In this document: positions 48,084 through 57,594 of the stretch, in pieces | How the letters are laid out: each line of letters opens with the position of its first letter | How positions within the stretch are numbered: position 1 is the first letter of the stretch | Origin: Treponemataceae bacterium | GTDB lineage: Bacteria > Spirochaetota > Spirochaetia > Treponematales > Rectinemataceae | Reading direction: 5' to 3' | DNA length: 64,000 nt | NCBI GenBank assembly: GCA_963678065.2 | Contig: CAXXVZ010000005.1 | Location: 352,001 to 416,000 of the forward strand | The notes under the pieces: model-generated | Told to the model about the DNA's origin: nothing | What the model saw: only the letters and a program-made list of their open reading frames with translations | Database searches by the model: none | Program-made: the position numbers and the translations under genes

Positions 48084-50365
48084 GCGAGTTCCTCCTTCTT
48101 CAGCTGGGACTGCGCTATGTCCCTGTACACCTCGCAGCTCTCCATCAGCTCACGGTGCGTTCCCGAGCCGACGAGTCTTCCCTCGTCGAGGACGAGTATG
48201 CGGTCGGCGTTTTTTATTGTCGCGACGCGCTGAGTCACGATGATGACGGTGCTGCCTCCGACCTCCTCCTTGAGAGCATGGCGGAGCTTCGTGTCGGTCC
48301 GGTAATCGAGCGCGGAGAAGCTGTCGTCGAAAATATAGATCGGGGCTTTCTTGACGAGGGCCCGCGCGATGGCGAGACGCTGTTTCTGCCCGCCGGAGAC
48401 GTTCGTGCCTCCCTGGGCGATTTCCACGCCCGAGCCTTCATCCTTCTCCATGACGAAATCGAGGGCCTGGGCGGTTTCCAGCGCCTTCTCCATATCGGCC
48501 TTGGATGCGGAGGCTCTGGCATAGAGGAGATTGGACTCCACCGTTCCGGAGAAGAGGTTGCTCTTCTGCGGCACGAACCCGATGGCCTCGCGCAACTCTT
48601 TCTGTACGAGATCGCGCACGTCGATTCCGTCCACGGTGATCGAACCTTCCGTGCAGTCGTAGAAGCGCGGGATGAGACTGACCAGAGTGGATTTCCCCGC
48701 GCCGGTCGTACCGATTATCGCCGTCGTCTCGCCCGGCTTCGCGGTGAAGCTGATATCGTGCAGGACGTCCTCGGAGGCTCCGTGATACCGGAAAGAAACG
48801 GAATCGAAGCGGACAAGGCCTCGGACTTTTTCAGGCAACGCGCTGGGCTTTGCCTTGTCCACGATGGCCGGCTCGACGGCGAGCACCTCGGCGACGCGGT
48901 CGGCGGAAACGCTGGCCCTCGGCAGAATGATAAACATGAAGGACATCATGAGGAAGGCGAAGAAAATCTGCATCGAATACTGCATGAAGGCCATCATGTC
49001 GCCGACCCTGATCGCCGAGTTGGCGACTTCGTGGGAGCCGACCCATATGATGAGGAGGGACACGAGGTTCATGACGAGCATCATGACGGGCATCATGACG
49101 ACCATGACGCGCGATACGAAGAGCATGGTGTCGGTGAGTTTTTTGTTGGCCTCGTCGAAGCGTTTTTCTTCGTGACCCTGCATGCCGAAGGCGCGGATGA
49201 CCATCATGCCCGAGAGGTTTTCGCGCACGACGAGGTTGAGTCCGTCCACGAACTTCTGGATGCTCTTGAACTTCGGAAGGGCGATCGAAAACACGGTGAC
49301 GATGATGGCTATCAGGATTCCGACGGCGAGCGCGATGATCCACCACATGCCGGTGGCCTTGCTCATCGCGCGGATGACGCCGCCAATGCCGATTATGGGG
49401 GCGTAGAAGACCATGCGCATCAGGATCATCGAGACCTGCTGCAGCTGGGTGATGTCGTTGGTCGACCGCGTGATGAGGGAGGCCGTCGAGAACTTGTCGA
49501 GCTCGGCGAGAGAGAAATTCTCCACTTTGACGAAGACTCCACGCCTCAGGTCCCTGGCGAATCCCGCCGCGGTGCGCGCGGCGAGGTAGCCGACGAGTAT
49601 CGTGGCGATGACCGATATCAGCGTGAGGAGGAGCATGTAGCCGCCGGTCGCGAGTATGTAGAGAGTCTGGATCGACGCGGTGTCGGCGCCCATGGCGGCG
49701 TACTCGTCGCGCAGGGCTCGGATCGCGGCCTGATCGGCCACCATCGGATCGAGGGCGTCGAGTTTTGTCCGTATTCCCGCGATGATGGCCGAAGACTGCG
49801 CCGCGGGCATCATCCTGAGCGCGGTGAAGAGATCCATGCCGGGGGGAAGCTTCGAAAAGTCGAGGCCGGAGCCGAGCGACATGGATTGTCCCGGCGTCGC
49901 AGCAGGAGCAGCGGAACCGGAAGACTGTGCCTGACCCGCGGCAGGAGCGGAGCCGGCCTTCGCGATGAAGGACATCTCGGCGAGGCTTCGCGAGAGACTC
50001 TTGCCGGCGTCGCTGCCCGCGAGGACGGCGTTTTTGGCGAGGACGTAGACGGATCCCCCGGAAAGCGAGGGATACTTCTTCGCGATTCCTGCGTAATCCG
50101 GCGATCCGGATTCGACGAGGGTGTACGAGGCGAGGATGGCCGCCTTCGGCGCCTCGCCGACAAAGAGAAGTGCGTTCTCGAGCTTCTCCTTCCGCATGGC
50201 CGCGGGGATGGGGGACTCCACGCCGCCCTGCTGGATGCCGACGTTGACGATCTTCGACATGTAATCGGGAAGGGCGAGGTCGGCGTTCGCCTGCGCGAAC
50301 AGCAGGGCTATCGCGAGGAGAACCTGAAAGAGGTAGGGTTTGAGGTATTTTGCGAGTTTGATCAT
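48080..50365 (-). CDS. ABC exporter fused permease/ATPase (heterodimer subunit A) with long extracytoplasmic insert
   Basis: SLITRSTND, GTTGAGKST, SGGQKQR, degenerate FDDSFS and TQR switch. Confidence 0.93.
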   Translation of the reverse strand: MIKLAKYLKPYLFQVLLAIALLFAQANADLALPDYMSKIVNVGIQQGGVESPIPAAMRKEKLENALLFVGEAPKAAILASYTLVESGSPDYAGIAKKYPSLSGGSVYVLAKNAVLAGSDAGKSLSRSLAEMSFIAKAGSAPAAGQAQSSGSAAPAATPGQSMSLGSGLDFSKLPPGMDLFTALRMMPAAQSSAIIAGIRTKLDALDPMVADQAAIRALRDEYAAMGADTASIQTLYILATGGYMLLLTLISVIATILVGYLAARTAAGFARDLRRGVFVKVENFSLAELDKFSTASLITRSTNDITQLQQVSMILMRMVFYAPIIGIGGVIRAMSKATGMWWIIALAVGILIAIIVTVFSIALPKFKSIQKFVDGLNLVVRENLSGMMVIRAFGMQGHEEKRFDEANKKLTDTMLFVSRVMVVMMPVMMLVMNLVSLLIIWVGSHEVANSAIRVGDMMAFMQYSMQIFFAFLMMSFMFIILPRASVSADRVAEVLAVEPAIVDKAKPSALPEKVRGLVRFDSVSFRYHGASEDVLHDISFTAKPGETTAIIGTTGAGKSTLVSLIPRFYDCTEGSITVDGIDVRDLVQKELREAIGFVPQKSNLFSGTVESNLLYARASASKADMEKALETAQALDFVMEKDEGSGVEIAQGGTNVSGGQKQRLAIARALVKKAPIYIFDDSFSALDYRTDTKLRHALKEEVGGSTVIIVTQRVATIKNADRILVLDEGRLVGSGTHRELMESCEVYRDIAQSQLKKEELA

Positions 50366-50832
50366 CTGTTCTTTCCTTCGTGGATACAGGTGGGAGCGAG
50401 GCCTTTGGAACGTTCGACGAGGAGATCGAGCGCGCGGGCTACGCTGCGGGCTTCGTCTCCCTCGAATTGAGCCGCGAGTTTTAAAAGCCATTCCTGGCGG
50501 CTCTCGAAGCCTTCCTTTATGATCTTCAGTCCGGCCCCGGTGAGCGCGAGCCTCTTGCCGCGCCTGTCGTCAGGATCTTCAGAGCGGTCGATGATTCCTT
50601 CCCTGACGAGGCGATCGAGCATCTGGCTCGCGGCGGCGCTGGTCACGCCAAGGTGTTCGCCGACTTCGGTCACGCTGCAACGCTTGTCCCGGTATATGCG
50701 CATGAGGGCGGCCATCTGAGGCATGGAAAGTCCGTTTTCCTTCGAGTGTCTGACGAAGCCGTGCATCGAGTACCGCATGGAGACACGCATCCATTCGTGG
50801 AGTTTTTCCGCGAGGATGTCCGGTTTATCCAT
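50362..50832 (-). CDS. MarR family transcriptional regulator
   Basis: LSMPQ...VTSAAASQMLDRLV..G.IDR...PDDRR...LTGAG. Confidence 0.92.
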   Translation of the reverse strand: MDKPDILAEKLHEWMRVSMRYSMHGFVRHSKENGLSMPQMAALMRIYRDKRCSVTEVGEHLGVTSAAASQMLDRLVREGIIDRSEDPDDRRGKRLALTGAGLKIIKEGFESRQEWLLKLAAQFEGDEARSVARALDLLVERSKGLAPTCIHEGKNR

Positions 50833-50842
50833 ATCCTAAGGA

Positions 50843-50876
50843 CTCCTTATATTTAAGTTGTCTTTAATATAAAGAG
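50843..50876. promoter_or_regulatory. Imperfect palindrome, candidate MarR operator
   Basis: TTATATTTAAG-TTGT-CTTTAATATAA (50847-50872), immediately upstream of the marR RBS. Confidence 0.6.
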
Positions 50877-50938
50877 CCCAACGATAATAGTCCAGTCCGA
50901 TCGCCCGCAAAGAGACAAACTGCTCCTTCGGTATCCGG

Positions 50939-51391
50939 TCAACCGAAATCCTTTCCCAGGAGCAGGTACTCTTCCGTCAGGCCGGCTTTCCGGTAAAAAT
51001 CCTGGGCAGTCAGGTTCTCGTTTTCCACACCGACCTCGATCTCGTCCATACCCCTGTGGCGCGCTTCGTCCTCGACGGTCCGCATCAGGGTCGACCCTAT
51101 CCCCCTCCCCCTGCATCCGTCCTTCACGACAAGCTCGTTGACCAAGGCAGTGCCCCGACAATGAAATACCGAGACATAGAAGACCGCGGAGACGAATCCC
51201 AGAATCTCTCCGTCTTCCGCACAGACATACGAGCGGTATTCCTGTGGCTTTTCATGCATTTCACGGAATTGGGAAGCGAGCCTCTCCGCTTCGAAGGTGA
51301 AATTGTAGTGAAGGTGCCACGCCAGCTCCCCGAGCAGCGCCTGAATGCCGGGAAGGTCCCCCTCCTCCCATTCGCGCACGATGATGGCCAT
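50939..51391 (-). CDS. GNAT family N-acetyltransferase
   Basis: LVV....RGRGIG, N..AQDFYRKAG. Confidence 0.9.
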   Translation of the reverse strand: MAIIVREWEEGDLPGIQALLGELAWHLHYNFTFEAERLASQFREMHEKPQEYRSYVCAEDGEILGFVSAVFYVSVFHCRGTALVNELVVKDGCRGRGIGSTLMRTVEDEARHRGMDEIEVGVENENLTAQDFYRKAGLTEEYLLLGKDFG

Positions 51392-51467
51392 TCCGCTCCT
51401 CCTTCCGTGAAGCATACCACGGACAGCCTTCCGATTCAGACTCGGCTACGCAATTGGAGGCCATCGG

Positions 51468-51918
51468 ATGACGATCGGGAAAGCAGATTCGGTTCATGGT
51501 CTTTCTGAATGAGAGCTGGAGCGACGTATCCCTGTGGAGGCGCGAGGCGCGAAAGCTGTTCAAAGGATTCATCCTCGCTCCCGACCGCCGCGAAGCCGAA
51601 GGCGGAGGTCAGGGACAGAAAGCATTTCGACGGTCTTGTCGTCGAGGAGCTTGCGTGGAATCTGCCCTACGGTCTGCCGACGCGGGCGTACTTCCTCAAG
51701 CCGGAAAAGGCGACGGGGAGGCTGCCGGCAGTGCTGGCCTTCCATGATCATGGGGGAACAAGTATTTCGGGAAGCGGAAGATCGCGGACTCAGAACCAAC
51801 TATCTCGCGGGAACGGCCCCTCGCATCCGCTGCTCCGTCACCGCGGGTTTCATGACGACCTGTGCCGATGTCGCCATGCAGGAAGAAGCCTTCGCCTGGT
51901 TCAACAGGTGGGCTGTAA
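51468..51918 (+). pseudogene. Collapsed dienelactone-hydrolase-like alpha/beta hydrolase pseudogene
   Basis: GGAGG RBS plus ATG 51468; pieces in different frames: FLNESWSDVSLWRREAR / DGLVVEELAWNLPYG..LPAVLAFHDHGG / NKYFGKRKI / GLRTNYLAG..RIRCSVTAGFMTT / MQEEAFAWFNRW; frameshifts and large deletions. Confidence 0.75.
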
Positions 51919-52039
51919 GGATTGAAGGCACAGTAAGCGGGTGTGAAAACACCTGCGAATCATAAAAACGATTTTTCTGGACTTAGCGGCTCAATCCGCG
52001 CGACGGAACGTACAGCAGGCACTTTGGGGAAAAGAGCGT

Positions 52040-52465
52040 CTATCGTTTCTTTGCCTTGAACTTGCGTTTCGAGGCTTCGACTTTGCTTTTGAATGTCCTG
52101 AATTCCTTCGAGCCTGGCTTGATTCCGTACTCTTTCGCGAACTCGCCCCAGCCTCTGTACGTGTGCTTGCTGTATGAAAGAAGGATGACATCGATCGGTT
52201 TGCCCGAGACGGACGCGACAAAAGCCACCAGGTAGAGCTCGGCGGGCGACACCCGGTATGAGACAGCCTGTAGCTGACGGACCGGAATCCCCCACTGGAG
52301 GTTTATTTCGGCATAGAAACCGGGAAGATCGTAAAGGGCCACCGAGTTCATCCCGTTGAGCGAGGATTCGAGAGCTGAGTCGGAGAATCCGAACCTGATT
52401 GTCTGTGACATCGCGAACGTCGTCCCCGCCAAAATCATAAGGCCAAAAAGCAATATTTTTTTCAA
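52040..52465 (-). CDS. Hypothetical secreted protein
   Basis: Signal peptide MKKILLFGLMILAGTTFA; GWGEFAKEYGIKPGSKEF and Lys-rich tail. Confidence 0.65.
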   Translation of the reverse strand: MKKILLFGLMILAGTTFAMSQTIRFGFSDSALESSLNGMNSVALYDLPGFYAEINLQWGIPVRQLQAVSYRVSPAELYLVAFVASVSGKPIDVILLSYSKHTYRGWGEFAKEYGIKPGSKEFRTFKSKVEASKRKFKAKKR

Positions 52466-52520
52466 GTATATTCTCCTGAAGCTAGAATATACTGCTAAAC
52501 GTCCAAATTCTTCGCATAGA

Positions 52521-52555
52521 GGAAAAGCTGCGGAGCTGCCGGTCCGGCAGCTCCG
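52521..52555 (-). terminator. Intrinsic terminator after patatin-VanX gene
   Basis: CGGAGCTGCCGG-T-CCGGCAGCTCCG (52531-52555) then short U-run on - strand. Confidence 0.6.
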
Positions 52556-52561
52556 GTACCT

Positions 52562-54454
52562 TCAGGCATAAATGTCGAGAAGGGGGCTCCCCCGGAGTTC
52601 GGGGTCGACGTAGTGCCACCACTCGTTGACGTAGGACGCGAATCCGGCGCCTTCCATGATCGCGCGGAGTTTGTCCCTGTTGGTGAGCTCCGCCGGGTCG
52701 CCGCCCGCGTAGTCGTGCGAGGCGCGCTCAGAGAATTCGTCGAAGTCGCTGGGCATGGGAAGAAGGCGCCCCTCGGAATCAGCGAGAGTGACATCGACGG
52801 CGGCGCCCCGGTTGTGGACCGAACCCCGGCTCATGGGCGCGACAAAGTCCTCATCCGGCATGATCCTCCACATGAGAGCCTGGACGGAGAGCGGCCGATA
52901 CGCGTCGAGGACGACGAGCCGCAGCCCGGACTCGCATGCGGCGCGCTCAGCCGCCTCAAGCTTGCGCGCACTTCCTTCCAAAAGCCAGGCCCCGGCGGAA
53001 TCGTATAGCTTCCGGCCGAAAAAATTACCCTCGGTAGCGTAGCGCATGTCGACGAGGATGCCGGGCACGGTGTCGGCCAACCTGACGAGACCGGCCGCCC
53101 GCAGATCCGATGCCGTTGCAGGCATAGCCGCCGCGCTCTCCGTCTCGGGCACGCGGAGAGCCATGTCGATCCAGGCCATCCCGGCCTCGAGTTCGGGCAC
53201 GAGGGCCGCGAGGGCCTTTTCGGGAAGAGGGCCGGTTTTTCTGACCGCGGGGGCGCGCGCGATCCTGACATAGAAGTAGGGGCAGTCGGTGAGGCGCGCC
53301 TGGCGCACCGCCGAGAGGACGATGGACGCGAGTTTTTTCGGACCGCCCTTGGCTCCCTGGGCGCCCGCGGGCGCGCTCTCGGGGGAGGCGATGATCGCGC
53401 CCGCGCGCGCGTTCTCGACTTCGATGCGCTCGGCTATCGCGCGGGCGAGTTCCTCATAGGTGTAGGCCCTGACACGCTCGATGTCGAGGGTGATGGCAGC
53501 GCACTCCAGCATTTTCAGAAGGAGCCTGCGGTCGTGGCGCATCCGCGCGGGGAAGAGAGAAGATGAAGGCTCGAGGAGGGCCCTGGCACGCCCGTCGTCG
53601 CGCGACGCGAGCATGTCGCGGAAGCTGCGTTCGGCTCTGTCGTCGGGCATTATGAAATACGAGTAGCCCTCGAGCCGGCCGAAGACGCGCATGGTGTCGA
53701 GGTAGCCGAGCAGGGTGAACCTGTCCATGAATCCCCGGTTGAAATCGAGGGGCCCGCCCATGTCTATCGAGTTTTTGATGTAGATGGTCTCGCTGCCCGC
53801 GATTTCGGGCCGGCGGTTTATGCCGACGCCCGAAATGTCGACGACGATGATGTGCCTGTAGCCCCGCCTGCGGGCGACGGCGTAGGGCAGATTGTCGTAC
53901 AACCCTCCGTCGACATATTTCTTCCCCTTGATGACGGGTTGGACGAAGCCCGGCAGCGCGGCGCTCGCCATGAGGTAGTCCGGAAGACTGCCCGGCTCCA
54001 TGGCCTCTATGAAGACCTCGCGCGGCGCGAGGTCGGACATGTTGACGGTGACGATGCCGAGGTCCACGCCCGACGCGCGGATTTTGTCCTCGTCGATGTG
54101 CGCTTCGACCAGCGCCCGAAGGGGCGACGTATCGAGTCCCTTCGAGGAAAGAAAATCGCGGGTGAGTTCGCGCAGGCGCGGAAGCGCATCGAAATCCAGC
54201 TTGAGATCGCCGTCCTCGACGAGATCCTCAGGGAGTTTCAGGACAGAGTAGATCCCCATCCCGGCGCCGATCTCCTCCAGCTCGGCGTCGAGCCCCTGCG
54301 CGAGGAATCCCGCGATGATCGCGCCGATCGAGTTGCCGATGAAGCCCACGACCGGCACGCCGAGTTCCCTGAGGGCGCGCCACGCGCCTATGTGATAGAC
54401 ACCCTTCGCTCCACCGCCGCTCAGGACGAGACAGTATCCGCCCCGCATATCCAT
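52562..54454 (-). CDS. Patatin-like phospholipase fused to D-Ala-D-Ala dipeptidase (VanX/DdpX, M15D)
   Basis: N-term GGGAKG, GNSIG, DGG; C-term MRYAT..NF, DAYRP, SVHNRGAAVD, EWWHY. Confidence 0.85.
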   Translation of the reverse strand: MDMRGGYCLVLSGGGAKGVYHIGAWRALRELGVPVVGFIGNSIGAIIAGFLAQGLDAELEEIGAGMGIYSVLKLPEDLVEDGDLKLDFDALPRLRELTRDFLSSKGLDTSPLRALVEAHIDEDKIRASGVDLGIVTVNMSDLAPREVFIEAMEPGSLPDYLMASAALPGFVQPVIKGKKYVDGGLYDNLPYAVARRRGYRHIIVVDISGVGINRRPEIAGSETIYIKNSIDMGGPLDFNRGFMDRFTLLGYLDTMRVFGRLEGYSYFIMPDDRAERSFRDMLASRDDGRARALLEPSSSLFPARMRHDRRLLLKMLECAAITLDIERVRAYTYEELARAIAERIEVENARAGAIIASPESAPAGAQGAKGGPKKLASIVLSAVRQARLTDCPYFYVRIARAPAVRKTGPLPEKALAALVPELEAGMAWIDMALRVPETESAAAMPATASDLRAAGLVRLADTVPGILVDMRYATEGNFFGRKLYDSAGAWLLEGSARKLEAAERAACESGLRLVVLDAYRPLSVQALMWRIMPDEDFVAPMSRGSVHNRGAAVDVTLADSEGRLLPMPSDFDEFSERASHDYAGGDPAELTNRDKLRAIMEGAGFASYVNEWWHYVDPELRGSPLLDIYA

Positions 54455-54493
54455 GACATCCTCCTCCGAAAGCCCGGGCGTCGCCGTCCGGAA

Positions 54494-56203
54494 TCAGCCG
54501 CGCGCCATTTTCGCCTGGTAGAGATCCGCGTCCGCCCTCTCGACGAGTCGCTGAAAACCTTGTTCAGGAATGGGGCCTGCTTTATGGCTGCCCGCCATGC
54601 CGATGCTCGCCGAATAGCGTATGATCCCACCGTTATCGCCTCCGCTATCCCCTCCGGACGTGACGGCCTCCCTGTCGACGCAGTCCTCGCCGGTCCCAGG
54701 CAGCGCACAGGCCATCTCGCCGCGCAGCTCCGAGGCGAGGGAACGCGCGGTTTCCGCCGGACAGCGGGGAAGTATGGCGAGAAATTCATCGCCACCGGTT
54801 CTGACTATGTAATCGTCCTTGCGGAAGGCCTGTCCCATCGCGGCGACGAAATCCTGGAGAACTCTGTCGCCCGCGAGGTGACCGTAGCGGTCGTTGATGG
54901 ATTTGAGCCCATCCATGTCGAGAGCGACAAGGGAGAATGGCTCCGTCAGACTCTCCCGCACGAAGGGGATAATGTTCCTGTTGAAGGCGCCTGTCAGGGG
55001 ATCGCGCATGCTCGCCTCACGGTAACGCTCCGCCCTGCGCTTTTCGCGCACAAGCTGCCGGTTGCGATCCGCCATGTCGGTCACGACATAGCCAGCCACC
55101 GAGAGGATGAGAATCATGAACCCGAAGTGGGAGACGAGTACGGCGTCGGGCCAGAGGAAGGCCGCCAGGATATCCCTGATTACGGCCAGGACAGCGACGC
55201 TGACGCCGAAAAGGAGGAATTGGTGGCTGGCTTTGGATTTTCGCTCGCGGATCATGAGGTAGAACAAGTAAAACTGGAGGGGAAGGACTGTCAGATAGGT
55301 CCGGTCGTAGAGTCGTTTCATATCGACCATCGTTCCCGGAAAAAGAACGAGAATGGCGCAGACCCCTTGGATTGCCATGAAGACGCGGGCAAACCAGTCA
55401 GTCTTCCGTCCGAGAAGTCTGAGGCATCCCGCCATGAAGACGATGGCCACGAGGTGCCGGAGGATGACGACAGCGCGCTTGAACTCGAGAAGAGGCAGAG
55501 GCAGGTATTCGAAGGCGAGGAAATCCGCCATGAAGAAGGCCGTCGCGATGCCGGCGACCCCGAGGAGAATCCTCGGGTCGAACTCGGGCAGGGTCGCGAG
55601 ACCCAGCGTAATGATGGTCAGACCGATGATGAGGATGGCGCCGCAGAGCATCCAGATGGCCGTGTCGCTCGCGAACAACAGCGATGAAAGGCGCAAGGCG
55701 CCTGTCTTCGTGTCGACGATGTAGGGCGCCACGATGATGCCGGCCTCGTAAACTCCGCGGATCGTGACCTCGATCCGGTTTTCTTTCCGGAGCAGGTCGG
55801 GCCTGAGCGGAAAGACCTTGGCCGCGTTCCAGATGCTGGAACGGCCTTCGGCCATATCGCCCCGCGACCCGACCCATTCGCCGTTGACACGTACTTCCAT
55901 GGCGCTGCCGCCGACATAGGGAAAAACCAGGGAAAAAGAGCGATGAGAGCCGAGAGCCCCTTCCGGAACGGCGATATCCATGACCATCTCGAAAAGTCCG
56001 GGCCCGAAAGCCGCGTCTTTAGTCGCGCTCCGGTACCAGATGAGGGGCGATCGGATCGCTTCCCGGCCCGGTGCCTTCAGTAAGATGGTGCTGTCGGCGA
56101 CAGAGGCTCCCTCCGGCGTCCTGTACAGCGAGCTGAAGCTCCAGTAAAGTGCCGCAGCGACGACGATGCCGGCGGCAAGCCCGATCAGGGGTCTCAGACG
56201 CAT
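54494..56203 (-). CDS. Membrane diguanylate cyclase (extracytoplasmic domain + ~7 TM + GGDEF)
   Basis: DPLTGAFNR, KSINDRYGH..GD, RKDD I-site, GGDEF, ADADLYQAK. Confidence 0.9.
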   Translation of the reverse strand: MRLRPLIGLAAGIVVAAALYWSFSSLYRTPEGASVADSTILLKAPGREAIRSPLIWYRSATKDAAFGPGLFEMVMDIAVPEGALGSHRSFSLVFPYVGGSAMEVRVNGEWVGSRGDMAEGRSSIWNAAKVFPLRPDLLRKENRIEVTIRGVYEAGIIVAPYIVDTKTGALRLSSLLFASDTAIWMLCGAILIIGLTIITLGLATLPEFDPRILLGVAGIATAFFMADFLAFEYLPLPLLEFKRAVVILRHLVAIVFMAGCLRLLGRKTDWFARVFMAIQGVCAILVLFPGTMVDMKRLYDRTYLTVLPLQFYLFYLMIRERKSKASHQFLLFGVSVAVLAVIRDILAAFLWPDAVLVSHFGFMILILSVAGYVVTDMADRNRQLVREKRRAERYREASMRDPLTGAFNRNIIPFVRESLTEPFSLVALDMDGLKSINDRYGHLAGDRVLQDFVAAMGQAFRKDDYIVRTGGDEFLAILPRCPAETARSLASELRGEMACALPGTGEDCVDREAVTSGGDSGGDNGGIIRYSASIGMAGSHKAGPIPEQGFQRLVERADADLYQAKMARG

Positions 56204-56427
56204 GGACGAATTTTCCCGCCTACTTTGTACATCACCCCGTCTGGGCGGGTCCGAAGGATCATAAGGGCTATCATATATTCATTTTCGGTTGAACGGAACC
56301 AGGCAGGAGCGGGAAAGTTGCGGGGGACGCGACTGCCATTCCGGCCTGGGAACGGCAGTGGTATACTGATATCAATCCGCGGGGACACGCCCTGGAGTAT
56401 TCCCGTTCCGCGGATGAGGGAGGCATC

Positions 56428-57510
56428 ATGCGCTTCGGGCAGTTCCGTGTACCGTCACCGCGTCCGACTCCTGTTTCCGTCCTGATTCTTTCACTTACGA
56501 TCCTCGCGTCCTCCGCGCCACTGGCGGGGGCCTGCTCCGACATCCAGATCATGAAGCTAAACGTAAGGGAAGGCGACATCGTGGTTTCGGCACGCACGAT
56601 GGACTTCTCCATCGACCTCGCCTCCGACATCAAGATCGTTCCGCGCGGCGTCACGATGACGAGCAACGCGCCGGGCGGGGCTCCGGGGCTCTCGTGGACG
56701 AGCTTGTACGGCTTCGTCGGCGTGAACGCCCTCGACATGGAAAAGTACAACGACGGGCTGAACGAAAAAGGGCTTTCCGTGGGGACGCTCTGGCTCGACC
56801 CGAGCGAGTATCCGACCCCGACTTCGGCGGCGGCCGCGCTCTCCATCCACGACATCGGCGCCTGGATCCTCGGCAATTTCGCGACAGTGGATGAGGTGAA
56901 GGCCGCGCTCGCTGATGTCGCTGTCTGGGGCGAGTTCTCCCTCGAGGTTCTCGGCGTGCCGCCGCTCCACCTCGCGATCCACGATGCGCAGGGAAAAAAC
57001 CTCGTCGTCGAATTCCAGAATGGCGAGACCAGGGTCTACGACAACCCGGCCGGCGTGCTGACGAACGGTCCTGCCTTCGACTGGCAGCTCGTCAATCTGG
57101 CGCAGTACATGGAGCACCTGAAAGAGTACGGCACCCTGCCCTCCTCTCTCTCGTCGGCATCGCGATTCGTCGCGCTCTCGACCTTCCGGAAGGAGCTCCT
57201 GCCGCCGGAGTCGGCGCGCGAGGCCATCCAGTTTCTGTCCTTCATCATTGGGAGGGTCTCGGGCGTGCCCGGCGAGGACAAGTGGCTAATCCCGCTGGCC
57301 GCGATGAAGTATTCGGGGAGCTACACCCAGTGGACGGTCTTCCGCGACCACGCGAATCTCGTCCTCTATTACAGAACGGCGCTCAACGGCTCATTGCGCG
57401 CGATCGACCTGAAAAAGCTGGACTTCTCGCCCGGCCGACCCATCATCACGATCAACATGGAGAACGACGGGGCTCAGTGGTACGCCGAAGCCGCGCCGGT
57501 CCCGAGGTAA
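56428..57510 (+). CDS. Exported choloylglycine hydrolase / penicillin V acylase-family Ntn hydrolase
   Basis: Signal peptide then C-S-D; ARTMDF, DGLNEKGL, WILGNFATVDEV, LTNGP, SASRF, YTQW. Confidence 0.88.
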   Translation: MRFGQFRVPSPRPTPVSVLILSLTILASSAPLAGACSDIQIMKLNVREGDIVVSARTMDFSIDLASDIKIVPRGVTMTSNAPGGAPGLSWTSLYGFVGVNALDMEKYNDGLNEKGLSVGTLWLDPSEYPTPTSAAAALSIHDIGAWILGNFATVDEVKAALADVAVWGEFSLEVLGVPPLHLAIHDAQGKNLVVEFQNGETRVYDNPAGVLTNGPAFDWQLVNLAQYMEHLKEYGTLPSSLSSASRFVALSTFRKELLPPESAREAIQFLSFIIGRVSGVPGEDKWLIPLAAMKYSGSYTQWTVFRDHANLVLYYRTALNGSLRAIDLKKLDFSPGRPIITINMENDGAQWYAEAAPVPR

Positions 57511-57594
57511 GAAGGGCGCTGTCAGGATGCGTTCACGCGTCGGGACGGCCGGTCCGGGAGACTCCGGAGCCGGTGCCCCTTGAGTGGGCCCCGC

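Noticed and set aside
52562..53125. VanX domain as a glycopeptide-resistance locus
   Set aside because: No vanH/vanA/vanRS nearby; DdpX-type dipeptidases are common housekeeping enzymes
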